The translations under genes and the position numbers were made by a program. A stretch of 55,532 nucleotides of DNA from an uncultured Ruminococcus sp. (GTDB lineage Bacteria; Bacillota; Clostridia; Oscillospirales; Ruminococcaceae). This document shows positions 53,710-55,532 of the stretch, in pieces; the stretch's first letter is position 1; the number at the start of each line of letters is the position of its first letter. The stretch is from positions 1 to 55,532 of the forward strand of contig CAZCUQ010000002.1 of the NCBI GenBank assembly GCA_964501705.1. Direction: 5' to 3'. The notes beneath the pieces are model-generated. The model was not told where the DNA came from, did no database searches, and worked only from the letters and a program-made list of their open reading frames with translations.

Positions 53710-54600
53710 TTAACTTGTCCGATAGACGGAGGAGCGGTATTTCGTTCTTCCTGCGCGGAACTGCTTCGGAGTTACGCCCCTGTGTTTTTTAAAGCATTTG
53801 ATAAGATGACTGCAATCTGAAAAGCCTGTTTCCTGACTGATATATGACAGATCGTAATCGGTGAAGAGCAGAAATTCCTCCGCCTTGTATATTCTCATTT
53901 TTTCGATATACTGTTTACAGCTTATTCCGTAAAAACTGCGGAATTTTTTCGCGAAGCAGGAATAGCTCATATTGCAGTGCTTTGCGATTTCGCTTACCTG
54001 AATATTATCGCACAGGTAAAGATCGATATATTCCGTGATGTTTTCAATGGAGCAGACTTCCTCCTTCGGGACATCGTCTATTACAAAGCCCTCGTTTATC
54101 CACAGGCGGATAACATTCATTAACAGTCTGTATATTTCCGATTGTATGACGAGATCCCTGCCGTATTTGCATTCGTTTATCTCTCGGATACACTCGGAGA
54201 AAAATCTGTCGCAGTCAAGCTTTTGAGCTTCTTCCTTCTTAAAGCATATTTTCATTCCCGAATTTCGGGCGAGTCGTAAGATATCGCGTATTTTGGGTGC
54301 ATACGCGGGAGTAAGGGTAAGCTTGCCCACATCAAATTTTATCACCGAATATTTAGGAAGAATATTGCCCGACGGCAGGATGGAATGAACCTCGGACGGA
54401 TGGAAAATTATGAAATCGCCCTCATTAAGAATGTATGTGTCGTCTCCCGCGAGCATTTTCGCGTTTCCCTCTCTTATAAGGATAAGCTCGGCAAAATAAT
54501 GCCAGTGGGGCTTTATCGGGAAATTGTCGCTCTCGGCGCTGTAGTCGAAACATTCTGCGGGGATATTGAGAGAACAGCTTTCTTCAAACAGGTTATTCAT
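53710..54600 (-). CDS. AraC-family transcriptional regulator (cupin sensor + dual HTH)
   Basis: C-terminal VSEIAKHCNMSYSCFAKKFRSFYG ... ISQETGFSDCSHLIKCFKKHRGVTPKQFR. N-terminal cupin-like HWHYFAEL. Confidence 0.85.
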   Translation of the reverse strand: MNNLFEESCSLNIPAECFDYSAESDNFPIKPHWHYFAELILIREGNAKMLAGDDTYILNEGDFIIFHPSEVHSILPSGNILPKYSVIKFDVGKLTLTPAYAPKIRDILRLARNSGMKICFKKEEAQKLDCDRFFSECIREINECKYGRDLVIQSEIYRLLMNVIRLWINEGFVIDDVPKEEVCSIENITEYIDLYLCDNIQVSEIAKHCNMSYSCFAKKFRSFYGISCKQYIEKMRIYKAEEFLLFTDYDLSYISQETGFSDCSHLIKCFKKHRGVTPKQFRAGRTKYRSSVYRTS

Positions 54601-54753
54601 TTTCGGTGTCCTTTCAAAATAGATTTGTACAATTATTTATGTATTTCTATTATATCATATATTTTTTTAAAATGCTATACTTTTAATATAATTTTTGGAG
54701 GAAACTCTTCTTTCGGTTCAATTAACGCACAGTTCTACGGAGGATTCTTTAAT

Positions 54754-55422
54754 ATGTTTCAAGTAAAATGGATCTGGGAAAATATGAAGGGATACCGCGG
54801 GAAATATATTCTTGCGATACTTACAACGGTGATAATTCAGATAATGCGTCTGATAAATCCCATATTTTCACAAAAAATAGTTGATGACTTTATTTACGGA
54901 GAAAACGCGGCGGAGAATCTTGAGAGCAACAGGCGATTTCTTATCCTGTTATGCGCGGGAATGATCATTTTTACTGTTGCAAGATCAGTCATTCAGTTTA
55001 TTTCCAATACGCTTTTCGAGGTATGCTCGCAGGGAATGCTGGCGCGGATCAGAAATCAGCTTTTCGCGAGAGTTCAGCGGCAGAAGCAGCTTATTGCCTT
55101 TGCGAGAACACTTATAAGCGATCCGAAAATACTTATGCTTGACGAGGCAACGTCATCAATTGACGCAAAAACGGAAAAGCTTTTGCAGGAGGGACTTAAC
55201 AGACTCTTGAAAGGGCGCACATCGTTTATTATAGCGCACCGTCTTTCCACCATAAGAAACTGTGACAAGATCATGTACATATCGGACGGAGGAATAACCG
55301 AGAGCGGTACTCACGCCGAGCTTATGGCAAAAAAAGGAGCTTATTACAAGCTCTGCATGACGGGAGAGGACAGTGTCTCCTCGGACGATGATATCTTTCT
55401 GAAAAAGCAAAAGGCTGTGTAA
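54754..55422 (+). pseudogene. ABC exporter remnant with an in-frame internal deletion (first ~2 TM helices joined to the Walker B/H-loop end of the NBD)
   Basis: ATG at 54754 (GGAGG upstream). Residues 1-109 look like the start of a type-1 exporter TMD (...IRNQLFARVQRQ). Residue 110 onward resumes at KQLIAFARTLISDPKILMLDEATSSID ... AHRLSTI. TM3-6, Walker A and the Q-loop are absent. Confidence 0.7.
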
Positions 55423-55499
55423 ATTAAGACAACCGAATATCTCGCCTGTACTCACGGGAAACCCCTTCTGTTTGGCATCGAAAATAAAATGCTATACTT

Positions 55500-55532
55500 T
55501 ATAGTAAACGACATTAAAATTTGTGCTTTCAG
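55500..55532 (+). repeat. Copy 5 of the dispersed repeat (cut by the window end)
   Basis: TATAGTAAACGACATTAAAATTTGTGCTTTCAG is identical to the first 33 nt of copy 4. Confidence 0.85.

Overview
This 55.5-kb window looks like it comes from a spore-forming Firmicute of the class Clostridia. That is my inference from spoIIR, a SleC-like cortex lytic enzyme and the cdd-phoH-ybeY-dgkA-era-yqzL-recO-mutS2 gene order; no database search was possible. Housekeeping content: divIVA, spoIIR, tRNA-Thr(GGT), a GH2 beta-mannosidase, a TtcA-like PP-loop ATPase, a teichoic-acid-type envelope locus, and an araC-family/araA/araB/araD arabinose operon. The outstanding feature is a roughly 21.6-kb accessory locus (about 5.5-27.2 kb). 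It is one tightly packed minus-strand gene train converging on a plus-strand XRE-regulator/PPTase pair. It encodes: four tandem Nif11-type leader peptides ending in AGG, with hypervariable single-Cys cores that all start with Lys; a radical SAM/SPASM maturase; the NHLP/Nif11-type export trio (C39-peptidase ABC, second ABC, HlyD-like); a private ACP + KS + KS-like CLF + SDR ketoreductase set; two GNAT-like proteins and a DUF2156 (MprF-synthase-like) protein; an HExxH protein; two lipoproteins; and a 1001-aa propeller/Cache-like/MFS membrane protein. I read this as a candidate lipidated, radical-SAM-modified RiPP (ribosomal lipopeptide) system, in a combination I do not recognise as characterised. 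Immediately to its right, a tyrosine recombinase gene is bracketed by two copies of a 12-bp-arm palindrome whose 5-nt spacers are reverse complements. The bracketed segment carries a consensus sigma-70 promoter, so it may be an invertible switch facing the cluster. A roughly 100-bp structured repeat with terminal inverted repeats occurs five times, always in the same orientation. Other oddities: a YidC-TagF fusion protein, an ABC exporter remnant with an in-frame internal deletion, and a 17-aa micro-ORF cassette. All functional calls rest on motif recognition by eye.
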